Source of the DNA: a virus
Lineage: Duplodnaviria; Caudoviricetes
Virus record (IMG/VR): IMGVR_UViG_3300002220_003351
Span: 8,923-72,922 of that record
Length of the DNA: 64,000 nucleotides
Strand: one strand, 5' to 3'
Each line of letters opens with the position of its first letter. Position 1 is the first letter of the stretch. The notes below the pieces were generated by a model that worked only from the letters and a program-made list of their open reading frames with translations, did not search any database and had not been told where the DNA came from. Made by a program: the position numbers and the translations under genes. This document shows positions 54,404 to 63,286 of the stretch, piece after piece.

Positions 54404-55126
54404 ATGGCGAAATCAAGGAAAGTTTCTCTGGGGTGCATGGAGTGTGGGAAAGAGTTTAGGGTTCCCCCGACACGAGCAAAGACAGCAAGGTATTGTTCTG
54501 CGAGATGTGCAGATGGACACAGGAATGATAAGAGAAGGGTCAACAAGGAGGAGTTTCGGTGTGGCCGTTGCGGGAAGGTATTTTACGACTTTCCGTCACA
54601 TAGGCTCCGACGAAAGTATTGCTCCTACCGATGTGCCGCTCTTGCGAACAGCAAAAGGCGTAACCGCCTTTGTGCTTATTGCGGGAAAGTCTTTTCTGTC
54701 GTCCCGTCGCAGACCGATCTTTGTTGCTCGTGGGAATGTCGGGTTGCTCGATCAAGATCGGAAGATTGGCCTTTACGGAAGAAAGTTCTTGTGCAATGCC
54801 ATGAGTGTGGGAAAGAAATATGGAGGACTCCTTCCGGTGTCGTCAAGGTTAAACACTCTTACTGCTCAAGGGCCTGTAAGGTTGCTTCTCAAAAAATCAC
54901 CAATAAAATTGGATCGAGTTTTTATGGAAGCTGGACGTGGTACAGAGCCAGAAAGAGCATCCTTGAAAGAGATGGCCACACTTGCCAGAAATGCGGATTT
55001 TCTGGACCATATCTCCATGTGCATCACAAGGAATATAAACGAAACGGAGGGGAGGAGGCTGACGGGAACCTCGTTACGCTTTGTTCCCGGTGCCACATGA
55101 AGTTGCACAACAGCGCGGTTAAGTGA
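54404..55126 (+). CDS. HNH endonuclease with four CxxC zinc-finger repeats
   Basis: CMECGKEF, CGRCGKVF, CAYCGKVF, CHECGKEI; LERDGHTCQKCG...HVHH...NLVTLCSRCH. Confidence 0.9.
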   Translation: MAKSRKVSLGCMECGKEFRVPPTRAKTARYCSARCADGHRNDKRRVNKEEFRCGRCGKVFYDFPSHRLRRKYCSYRCAALANSKRRNRLCAYCGKVFSVVPSQTDLCCSWECRVARSRSEDWPLRKKVLVQCHECGKEIWRTPSGVVKVKHSYCSRACKVASQKITNKIGSSFYGSWTWYRARKSILERDGHTCQKCGFSGPYLHVHHKEYKRNGGEEADGNLVTLCSRCHMKLHNSAVK

Positions 55127-55239
55127 TTAACCCGGTAGTTGGACCGGAAAGATCATACACGCATACTGCCCATCCTGGCCGGTATGCCACCGAAGGTAGG
55201 TAAGTCCAGGACTACGCCAACATAAAAGGAGGAATTAAC

Positions 55240-55824
55240 ATGGCTTTCAAATACGTTGGAAAAAAGTTCGATGATGCGGATCCGAAGGTCGATCAGGCCG
55301 GTAGGAAGGTCTACGGGGCGTTTCCTTTTGAGGCTATCCGCAGGGCCGTTCAGGGCATTGCCAACAGGGTTATCGGCACCACGTCAGGCACCGCGAGTTC
55401 TTCGGGGTACTTGAAGCTTGCCGGATGCGGAACCGGCGGAACGGGAGTTGCGATTGCCAACACGGTGGTCGTTTTGATTAACGGGCAGTACAGCACCTGT
55501 ATCGCCCAGGATCCCCTCACCCTTCCCGATGGGTCTCAGGGGAGCAATACGGTTGCCAAGTACCTCATCTGCACCTCGACCGGCACCTCCGCGACATGCA
55601 TTGGTCCGGGGAATGTCGTCGATAAAGGTGACTATGCCAGTGCGACTCTGGCGGCTGCGGCAGCCAAGCTTCCCGATCTTCCTGACGGATACTGCGCCCT
55701 CGGGTATGTCACCCTGAACGCCCCGGCCGCGTCCGCGATCACCTATCGCGGCCACGGGACCATCGGGTCTCAGGGAACCACGTCGTTCACGGATCTCGTC
55801 TGCATGCCGTATGACGGGAGTTAG
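55240..55824 (+). CDS. Putative capsid decoration protein
   Basis: AGGAGG RBS; position after the capsid gene; Gly/Thr-rich beta protein. Confidence 0.65.
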   Translation: MAFKYVGKKFDDADPKVDQAGRKVYGAFPFEAIRRAVQGIANRVIGTTSGTASSSGYLKLAGCGTGGTGVAIANTVVVLINGQYSTCIAQDPLTLPDGSQGSNTVAKYLICTSTGTSATCIGPGNVVDKGDYASATLAAAAAKLPDLPDGYCALGYVTLNAPAASAITYRGHGTIGSQGTTSFTDLVCMPYDGS

Positions 55825-55831
55825 TAACCAC

Positions 55832-55853
55832 GGGCGGGGGTAACACCCCGCCC
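55832..55853 (+). terminator. GC hairpin, possible intrinsic terminator
   Basis: GGGCGGGG-gtaaca-CCCCGCCC just after the stop; weak U tail. Confidence 0.5.
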
Positions 55854-55877
55854 TTAACACCTTAAGGGGGAAAGGTC

Positions 55878-56219
55878 ATGCCACGCAAAGAGAGAACGGA
55901 TCAGGAGCTCCACCCGGAGAAGTATTTTACGAGCCCACAGGGGCATGTCAGGGACCGGATTGTCCTTCATGAGAGCGAAAGGATCCCCAGAGAGGGTCAG
56001 TTGATTTCCCTCAACGGGTTTGCCTTCCTGGCCAAGGCGGGGGTCCCCATTGACCTCCCGAGGCCGGTTCGCCTCATGATCGACACTTTGATCGAACGGC
56101 AGACGCTTCAGGGCGACGACGGCAAGGAGTACACCCGCGATATCCCGAGGTTCACCTACACCTTGGTGAAGGAGGGGGTCAACCTTCCCGAAGAAACCGC
56201 ACCCGTCGATGGAGGATAG
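55878..56219 (+). CDS. Conserved head-region protein
   Basis: 113 aa; RBS; follows the capsid module. Confidence 0.7.
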   Translation: MPRKERTDQELHPEKYFTSPQGHVRDRIVLHESERIPREGQLISLNGFAFLAKAGVPIDLPRPVRLMIDTLIERQTLQGDDGKEYTRDIPRFTYTLVKEGVNLPEETAPVDGG

Positions 56220-56222
56220 CAC

Positions 56223-56966
56223 ATGGTCGGGAAGGATCTGATCGCAGTTTTAAGGGAGACCCATCTGGACGACCAGAAGCTCCCGTATCTCTGGCAGGAT
56301 CCCGAGCTTCTGAGGAACATCAATTACGCCGAGGTCCAGGCCTGCCGCAGAGCCCATCTCATCATCGACTCTTCCACGGCCAACGACTCCGGGACTGCCG
56401 GGACGGCAAGCACCATGGGACAGAGGCCCCTTTGCACGCTTTCAATCACTGCGGGTACAGCAATCTACAACCTGAGCTCGAAGATCCTGCAAGTCAAGAG
56501 ATGCCAGCTCGCCTCGATGACGTACCCGCTTAACGGCCCGTTAACCTATCCGGCCCTTGACGATTACGCCTCGGGCTGGATGGGTACGGCGGGATCCATC
56601 GGGACCGCCGGGTCCGGAGGATACCCGTGGGGGTTCTTGAACGAGCCCGGGAACACGATCACCTTTGTCCCGGCCCCCTCGGCAAGCGACACGGCGTACC
56701 TGGTCGTGTCGAGGCTCCCTTTGGTCCCCATCACCTACCAGACGCCGCCCGAAATCGACGAGCAGTACCACATCGACATTCTGGACTGGGCGGCCCACCT
56801 GGCGTTCATGAAGCCGGATTCCGACACGCAGGAGCTGAATCTGGCAAAGGTTTATGAAGACAAGTTCACGAGCAAATTCGGGCCTCTTCCGGACGCATAC
56901 AGCGAAAGGATGAGGAAGACCCTCCTCCAGCGGCAGAGGATGAGGCCGAGGGAGTTCGGGTCGTAA
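56223..56966 (+). CDS. Putative head-to-tail adaptor
   Basis: LWQDPELLRNINYAEVQAC...PEIDEQYH..ILDWAAHLAF..PD pattern typical of adaptors. Confidence 0.7.
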   Translation: MVGKDLIAVLRETHLDDQKLPYLWQDPELLRNINYAEVQACRRAHLIIDSSTANDSGTAGTASTMGQRPLCTLSITAGTAIYNLSSKILQVKRCQLASMTYPLNGPLTYPALDDYASGWMGTAGSIGTAGSGGYPWGFLNEPGNTITFVPAPSASDTAYLVVSRLPLVPITYQTPPEIDEQYHIDILDWAAHLAFMKPDSDTQELNLAKVYEDKFTSKFGPLPDAYSERMRKTLLQRQRMRPREFGS

Positions 56967-56991
56967 TGCACCCTCACAAGGAGGATTTGAA

Positions 56992-57186
56992 ATGGCGATC
57001 AAGAAGGCAACAAAGGTATCCCCTGTCATCTATACTGGCTCTGCGGAGCCCAACGCGGCTGGCATCGAGCCTTCCAAGGTCGGTGATCTTTACATCCGTG
57101 TCCACTCCGGGGCCGGTAGCGCCGGTATCTATTTCTGCAAAACGATATCCGGAAGCAAGAAATGGGGGACCGCAGGCACGGGCTGA
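56992..57186 (+). CDS. Small virion protein
   Basis: 64 aa; GAGGA RBS; GDLYIR...IYF...WGTAGTG. Confidence 0.65.
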   Translation: MAIKKATKVSPVIYTGSAEPNAAGIEPSKVGDLYIRVHSGAGSAGIYFCKTISGSKKWGTAGTG

Positions 57187-57199
57187 TTTCCCTATAACT

Positions 57200-57221
57200 G
57201 TGGGGAGGCCGTCCTCCCCAC
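57200..57221 (+). terminator. Hairpin, possible terminator
   Basis: GTGGGGAGG-ccgt-CCTCCCCAC. Confidence 0.5.
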
Positions 57222-57242
57222 TTCATCCACGAGGACGAAGCT

Positions 57243-57611
57243 ATGGAACGACGAATCACGACGAGACCTCTGTTCAAATCCACCACAATCAAGGCAGGCT
57301 CTTCAGGGACATCTGACATAATCGACCTCCGGGATGTCTCAAAGGAGGGCGGGTTCTCGATGTCTTGGACCATCGCCCCGGCAGGCGGGATTGCCACCTG
57401 CGGGACGGCCACGTTCAAGTACCTGTTGAGCCCTGTCTACGATGGGACCTACACTACTCCGACTGGAGGGACCCATGGCACGTCCACGGGTGTCTCCGGG
57501 AATAGCAACTGGGTGTCATTCACTCCCCCCGTCGCCCCTTTCATGAAAGTCATGTGTGACATGGGGACGAGCGGAACGGCCCTGGTGACTGCTGAACTGC
57601 ATGTCAGATAA
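57243..57611 (+). CDS. Virion beta-sandwich protein
   Basis: 122 aa; GAGGA RBS. Confidence 0.65.
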   Translation: MERRITTRPLFKSTTIKAGSSGTSDIIDLRDVSKEGGFSMSWTIAPAGGIATCGTATFKYLLSPVYDGTYTTPTGGTHGTSTGVSGNSNWVSFTPPVAPFMKVMCDMGTSGTALVTAELHVR

Positions 57612-57623
57612 GGGGGTGAGGAG

Positions 57624-58001
57624 ATGGCATTTCAGCGGCTTTCCTTAGTGAGAGGCGATTCGGACAACTACAGCGTTACGTTCAAGAGGTCCGACGGGAC
57701 CCTGTACAACATCAAGAACTGGACGGTGTACTTCACCCTGAAGACACACGCTGACCTGTCTGATTCTCAGGCCTCCCTCCAGAAGATCGTCACGGTTTTC
57801 GACGACACCACCTCCGGGACTTCCGGGTCTGCCAATATCCCGTTTTACCCTCCGGACACAATCAAGCTCGATATCGGGGAGTATGACTTTGACATCAAGG
57901 TCTGTACCGCCCCCGGAAGCCAAAACTACACCATCCGAAGGGGGAAGCTGGACCTTGAGCAGAATGTGACAGGAACCTATGGTACTGCGGGTACTGCATG
58001 A
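57624..58001 (+). CDS. BppU-like Ig-fold virion protein
   Basis: RGDS..YSVTF...WTVYFTLK...GEYDFDI...GKL pattern. Confidence 0.65.
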   Translation: MAFQRLSLVRGDSDNYSVTFKRSDGTLYNIKNWTVYFTLKTHADLSDSQASLQKIVTVFDDTTSGTSGSANIPFYPPDTIKLDIGEYDFDIKVCTAPGSQNYTIRRGKLDLEQNVTGTYGTAGTA

Positions 58002-60658
58002 TGGATATTGAAGTCACTCTCGATAGCTCGAAAGACATATCCGCCACGATAGAGTCCGGGAAGAACCTCTCTGTCGTTTTTGAACATGCTGGTCCCGCAG
58101 GGGCCTCCGGGTCGAGCGGGTCTGCCGGGACCCACGGCACCTCGGGTACTTCAGGAACGTCCGGTTCCAGTGGACTGGACGGGACCTTCTACGGGTCGTC
58201 GGGGACTTCGGGGACCGCCGGATCTTCCGGGTCGAGTGGAACGGCGGGAACCTCGGGGTCTTCCGGGTCTTCCGGGGACTCGGGTTCGTCCGGGACTTCA
58301 GGAACAGACGGCTCCCATGGGACCTCTGGTACAAGCGGGACTTCTGGAACGGCGGGGAGTTCTGGCTCCTCGGGCACGCATGGCACATCCGGAACGAGCG
58401 GAAGTTCGGGCACCTCTGGAACGGACGGATCTCATGGCACTTCGGGGTCAAGCGGTTCCAGCGGGTCTTCTGGGACCAGCGGGACGGCGGGAACCAGCGG
58501 TTCCAGCGGAAGCTCCGGATCTTCCGGCACGCACGGGACATCAGGCACAAGTGGGACTTCGGGCTCGAGTGGAACGGCAGGATCTTCTGGGAGCTCCGGG
58601 CAGAGCCTTACCCCCAAGGGGGACTGGGCTGTTTCCACCGGGTATGTCTCGGGGGATGTCGTTTCCAACGACGGGGTGATGTACGTCGCCCTCCAGAATC
58701 ACACCTCCACTGCTGATGACGAACCAGGAACCGGGATAAACTGGGAAACCTACTGGAACACGCTATCGGGAGCAGCCGGGTCTTCTGGGACCTCTGGCAC
58801 CTCCGGCATCTCGGGATCAAGCGGGACTTCGGGGACCTCCGGCACTTCCGGAAGCTCCGGGTCAAGCGGGACTTCCGGATCGAGCGGAACCTCCGGCGAC
58901 TCGGGGTCGAGCGGAACGAGTGGGTCAAGCGGATCTTCGGGGGATTCCGGATCAAGCGGCACAAGCGGAACCGATGGGTCTCACGGAACCAGTGGCACAT
59001 CAGGGTCTTCGGGTTCTTCCGGGTCAAGTGGGTCTTCTGGCACTCACGGGACTTCAGGTTCTTCGGGGAGCAGCGGTAGTTCTGGGACCCACGGCACCTC
59101 AGGTACCCCCGGTTCATCTGGCTCCTCGGGGACCTCCGGTTCTGCCGGGAGCCACGGTTCGAGCGGCACCTCGGGGACCTCAGGGTCATCTGGGAGTTCC
59201 GGCACATCCGGCACTTCGGGTACTGACGGAACGAGTGGTTCATCTGGGTCGTCCGGCTCCTCCGGGACCTCGGGTACCGATGGTTCCCACGGAACTTCAG
59301 GCACTTCCGGGTCGTCAGGCACAAGCGGTTCCTCTGGAACCCATGGGACATCAGGTACAGGTACATCGGGAACCTCTGGCTCTTCCGGGAGTTCCGGGTC
59401 CTCTGGGACAGACGGGTCTCACGGCACATCTGGCACGAGTGGAACGTCGGGATCAAGCGGCAGTTCTGGCACTTCGGGGACCCACGGCACTTCGGGTTCT
59501 TCTGGAAGCAGCGGCTCCTCGGGCACTTCAGGGACGGGCGGATCGTCCGGTTCATCAGGGACATCGGGCACGGATGGGTCCCACGGAACCTCCGGCACCT
59601 CAGGGTCAAGCGGATCTTCCGGAACAGATGGCTCACATGGAACCTCCGGAACCTCCGGAACAAGCGGGACCTCCGGGTCTTCGGGAAGCTCCGGAAGCAC
59701 GGGGACCCATGGCACATCTGGGTCCTCCGGCTCATCTGGGGAGAGCGGCACATCGGGTACATCCGGAACGGACGGGACCTCCGGGACCAGCGGTACTTCC
59801 GGGGAGACCGGGACATCCGGAACCAGCGGGTCAAGCGGGGCGACCACGATTACTGGCGGTGTTCTGCATACCCAAGACGAGGCGGGGACGGCGTGGGCCA
59901 TAGCCCACAACCTCAACTTCAAGTACGTCGGGGTGTTTGCCATCATTTCCGACGAATTGGTCTCCCCGGAAAAAGTCGAATATGTCGACGAGAACAACTG
60001 TAATGTCTACTTTGGAACCTCATCGGTCTCCGGGTATGCTGCGGTTGTCGTCGGTGGGGGTTCCAGCGGGACATCAGGTACGAGCGCGGCGGGCTCAAGC
60101 GGGACCTCCGGCACTTCCGGGACGGCTGGGAGCAGTGGGACATCTGGCGGGGGGACCTCTGGCACGTCCGGGACGAGTGGGAGCTCTGGAGAAACATCCG
60201 TCACGGGAACTCACGGAACCTCAGGGACATCGGGGACCGACGGGACTCATGGCACCTCAGGAACCTCTGGTACGGATGGGACTCACGGGACCTCTGGAAG
60301 TTCCGGTAGCTCGGGAACCTCCGGCACGGCGGGGTCCTCGGGCACCAGCAGCACCCATGGAACCTCCGGTACATCTGGAACCAATGGGACCCACGGGACA
60401 TCAGGCACTTCGGGATCTTCGGGGTCTTCAGGTTCTTCTGGGTCGTCCGGAACTTCGGGTACGGCTGGGTCCTCCGGAACCAGTTTCGGTACAGCGGCAA
60501 CGGCGGCTTTTTTGATGATCTCCGGGACCCAGAGTGACGCGGGGACCATCGGAAGCAAGGGGTATGTGGTTAATGTCTATTACGGGACGGCGGCTACAAG
60601 GGCGGCAGGGGTTTCAGGGGTTTTGAGCGGATCGGTTTATTTCCAGATTACGTTGTAG
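57998..60658 (+). CDS. Tail/head fibre with long Gly-[S/T]-[S/H/D/A] collagen-like repeats and a CBM5/12-like module
   Basis: 886 aa; Gly every third residue over hundreds of residues; GDWAVSTGYVSGDVVSNDGVMYVA; HTQ...WAIAHNL. Confidence 0.85.
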   Translation: MMDIEVTLDSSKDISATIESGKNLSVVFEHAGPAGASGSSGSAGTHGTSGTSGTSGSSGLDGTFYGSSGTSGTAGSSGSSGTAGTSGSSGSSGDSGSSGTSGTDGSHGTSGTSGTSGTAGSSGSSGTHGTSGTSGSSGTSGTDGSHGTSGSSGSSGSSGTSGTAGTSGSSGSSGSSGTHGTSGTSGTSGSSGTAGSSGSSGQSLTPKGDWAVSTGYVSGDVVSNDGVMYVALQNHTSTADDEPGTGINWETYWNTLSGAAGSSGTSGTSGISGSSGTSGTSGTSGSSGSSGTSGSSGTSGDSGSSGTSGSSGSSGDSGSSGTSGTDGSHGTSGTSGSSGSSGSSGSSGTHGTSGSSGSSGSSGTHGTSGTPGSSGSSGTSGSAGSHGSSGTSGTSGSSGSSGTSGTSGTDGTSGSSGSSGSSGTSGTDGSHGTSGTSGSSGTSGSSGTHGTSGTGTSGTSGSSGSSGSSGTDGSHGTSGTSGTSGSSGSSGTSGTHGTSGSSGSSGSSGTSGTGGSSGSSGTSGTDGSHGTSGTSGSSGSSGTDGSHGTSGTSGTSGTSGSSGSSGSTGTHGTSGSSGSSGESGTSGTSGTDGTSGTSGTSGETGTSGTSGSSGATTITGGVLHTQDEAGTAWAIAHNLNFKYVGVFAIISDELVSPEKVEYVDENNCNVYFGTSSVSGYAAVVVGGGSSGTSGTSAAGSSGTSGTSGTAGSSGTSGGGTSGTSGTSGSSGETSVTGTHGTSGTSGTDGTHGTSGTSGTDGTHGTSGSSGSSGTSGTAGSSGTSSTHGTSGTSGTNGTHGTSGTSGSSGSSGSSGSSGTSGTAGSSGTSFGTAATAAFLMISGTQSDAGTIGSKGYVVNVYYGTAATRAAGVSGVLSGSVYFQITL

Positions 60659-60665
60659 GTAGATT

Positions 60666-61445
60666 ATGGCCATTGAAATTATAGGGACACCGCAAGTAGG
60701 CAACACCAACAATGGCGCAGATGTTACGCTTACTTGGTCGACCCGTCCCTCCGAAGGAGATTATACGATCGTTGTCATCGGTTCCCCAGCGCCCTCAGCC
60801 GCTGTCGGAACTGTATCTACAACGGGTTATGACGTTGTATCTGGCGCCACGCATGCTGGGGCGGCAGCGGCCAACCCATCTCTGGTTATTTACTGGAAGA
60901 AACAAGGGGCGACTACCGACACAACTGTGGTTGCAAATGCCGCCAACAGTAACACGGTGGATACTTCCGCCATCGGGTTTGTTTTGAGGGGTGTTGACAG
61001 CACGACCCTTCTGGATGCCGTCACGGCAACCGCAGGGGAAACAACCAGCACAAATCCGGACCCTGCTTCAATAGCAGGTGCAAGCGCCAATTTCTGCACG
61101 ATTGTCGCCGCCTGTATGACGGCTGTGAAAGACACTTCCATTACCGCGCCGAGCGGATATACTGGTTATTCACAAGTCGGTGACGATATCTACGACCACA
61201 CTTTGGCCGCCGCTTATAAATTAAACTGCAATGGAACGGAAGCCCCTGCTTCGTGGACAGACTGGGGTTCTGGACTGTGGTATGCGATCACAATAGCGAT
61301 AAAGCCCGCGCCTGCCCCGACGATAAGCGCAAAGGTCATGGTTGACGGGGTTTGGAAAACGGTGTCTTCGGCCCTGGTGATGGTCGGCGGGACATGGAAG
61401 GCGGTATCCTCTATCAAGACGATGGTTAATGGGGTGTGGAAATGA
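60666..61445 (+). CDS. Tail-associated beta protein with a C-terminal triple VxGxWK repeat
   Basis: 259 aa; VDGVWK/VGGTWK/VNGVWK. Confidence 0.7.
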   Translation: MAIEIIGTPQVGNTNNGADVTLTWSTRPSEGDYTIVVIGSPAPSAAVGTVSTTGYDVVSGATHAGAAAANPSLVIYWKKQGATTDTTVVANAANSNTVDTSAIGFVLRGVDSTTLLDAVTATAGETTSTNPDPASIAGASANFCTIVAACMTAVKDTSITAPSGYTGYSQVGDDIYDHTLAAAYKLNCNGTEAPASWTDWGSGLWYAITIAIKPAPAPTISAKVMVDGVWKTVSSALVMVGGTWKAVSSIKTMVNGVWK

Positions 61446-63259
61446 AAGACTACGGCAAGGAGTTCACCGGCAAGACGATACTGGAGTCCCTTGCGACCCT
61501 CCCGGCCCATGCTGCGGCCGACGAGGGGAGGATCGTCTACGCTGAGGATGTCGAGAAGACCTACTACGGCAAGTCCGATGGATGGGCCGAGTGGGGGACT
61601 TCCGGGACCTCTGGAACTTCGGGCACCTCGGGGACAAGCGGCTCATCAGGCACCTCTGGTAGTACGGGGACCCATGGGACATCGGGTAGTTCCGGTACAT
61701 CTGGTAGTTCCGGCACTTCTGGGACAAGCGGATCATCAGGATCGAGCAGCACCTCCGGCTCAAGTGGAACATCCACAACGGCGGGCCTTGCCGCAACAGG
61801 GGGCACGGCCGCCTACGCCACGTCCTCAGGAAACTCCGGATCTGCCGCAGGGGCAGGCACTTCTTCTTACGCCACCACTGCCGGGCAGGCCGGGACGGCA
61901 GTCAAGGCCACCTCAGCGGGGAACGCGGGGACGTCCTACGCCTCTACGCAGGCGGCAAGTGAAACCGTATCCGGTGTAGTTGAGTTAGCTACCGTTGCTG
62001 AAGCTCTCGCCGGAACCGACGGGACAAGAGTCGTCACCCCCGCCGGGGATGCCGCCGCGCTTGCGAACCTCAAAACGCACGACACCCCCAACGCCATCGA
62101 GCAAATCCTTGATTATTCCGCCGGGAAGAACTACCAGAACCATGTGGTCTATATCCCCCCGTTCACGACCACGGATGTTTCCGGCGTGACCTTCGGCGGG
62201 TTCCAGGTTGACAAATATCCAAACTCCCAGCCCTCCGCGATCAACCAGGCGGGGGATGCGTGGTATGACATCGCACACAGCACCACGCCGGGATCGGTTC
62301 CGGGGATCTCGAAGCCGGGCGTCCCGGTATGGGACTATATCAAGTTCCCCTTTGCCATGATCGCCGCGTGCAACAAGGGCAAGGGCTGGCACTTGACCTC
62401 CGCGTTCGAGTGGGCCGCCCTTGCGCACTTGGCCAAAAAACAGGGCACGATGCCTCACGGGAACAACAGCAATCTCGACCCGCCGAGCGATTCCGTTTAT
62501 ACAACCGAGCTTGGCATCCTCGATGCCCACCTCCACAACGAAAACGGCACCTATCATCGCACCCTCCCCGGCAGCGGCCCTTCGATCTGGGCGCACAACC
62601 ATCTCCAGAACGGGGTGTACGATCTCAATGGCCTGGTGTGGGAGTGGGTGTTGATGCTGATGTCAACCGACGGATACCCCTATGTCCCGGCGAACCTCAA
62701 TGTGAGTTATGTCGGATCACCCTACGGACGCGGGACAATCAGCGGTTCCGGCGGGGCCACGCCGACGCTTACCTGCGATGGGGCCGGAGTAAACTGGCTG
62801 AAGGCATGGACCGTCGATGAGTTCAATACTGCTTGTTACTGCTATATCGCGGAAGCGGCGGGCGGCGCAGGAGCGCTGTACGCTGTAACGGACACGACCG
62901 CCACGACGCTCGTTCTCACCGCCAGCGATGCGCCGGGGGACGGGACGGCGACCTTCTGCATTTTCAAACTGGTGGCCACGGACATCACGAACGGGATGAC
63001 TACCGGGCAAAAAATCTTGACGCTGCGCGATTCCGATGCGGACCTGAAGGGATTTGCGCTCCCCGCGACCGCTGACGGTACGGGAGCGGCGGCTTATGGG
63101 AACGACATTTTCTACTTTGACAAAGCGGCCCTGCGCGCAGCGATCCGTGGCGGCAACTTCGGCAGCGCAGCCGGCGCGGGGGTGTTTGCCCTCTACTTGC
63201 TCAGCGTCCCGTCGGACTCGGGCTACTACTTCGGGTTTCGCGCCGCAAAGGCACTCTGA
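61442..63259 (+). CDS. Tail fibre/receptor-binding protein with G-T-S repeats, a fibre repeat and a C-terminal C-type-lectin (FGE-sulfatase-like) domain
   Basis: ASETVSGVVELATVAEALAGTD..RVVTP; GGFQVDKY; HLTSAFEW; DLNGLVWEW; RGGNF...GFR. Confidence 0.85.
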   Translation: MKDYGKEFTGKTILESLATLPAHAAADEGRIVYAEDVEKTYYGKSDGWAEWGTSGTSGTSGTSGTSGSSGTSGSTGTHGTSGSSGTSGSSGTSGTSGSSGSSSTSGSSGTSTTAGLAATGGTAAYATSSGNSGSAAGAGTSSYATTAGQAGTAVKATSAGNAGTSYASTQAASETVSGVVELATVAEALAGTDGTRVVTPAGDAAALANLKTHDTPNAIEQILDYSAGKNYQNHVVYIPPFTTTDVSGVTFGGFQVDKYPNSQPSAINQAGDAWYDIAHSTTPGSVPGISKPGVPVWDYIKFPFAMIAACNKGKGWHLTSAFEWAALAHLAKKQGTMPHGNNSNLDPPSDSVYTTELGILDAHLHNENGTYHRTLPGSGPSIWAHNHLQNGVYDLNGLVWEWVLMLMSTDGYPYVPANLNVSYVGSPYGRGTISGSGGATPTLTCDGAGVNWLKAWTVDEFNTACYCYIAEAAGGAGALYAVTDTTATTLVLTASDAPGDGTATFCIFKLVATDITNGMTTGQKILTLRDSDADLKGFALPATADGTGAAAYGNDIFYFDKAALRAAIRGGNFGSAAGAGVFALYLLSVPSDSGYYFGFRAAKAL

Positions 63260-63283
63260 AATCTGATTTTTCTGAGGATCTGT
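63146..63283 (+). other. DGR-type variable region (63146-63241) and downstream TCTG repeats
   Basis: RGGNFGSAAGAGVFALYLLSVPSDSGYYFGFR with NNC codons at the usual variable sites; TCTG at 63255, 63262, 63271, 63279. Confidence 0.65.
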
Positions 63284-63286
63284 CTT

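Noticed and set aside
58014-60515. Many alternative-frame ORFs in the fibre gene
   Set aside because: By-products of Gly/Ser/Thr repeat codons
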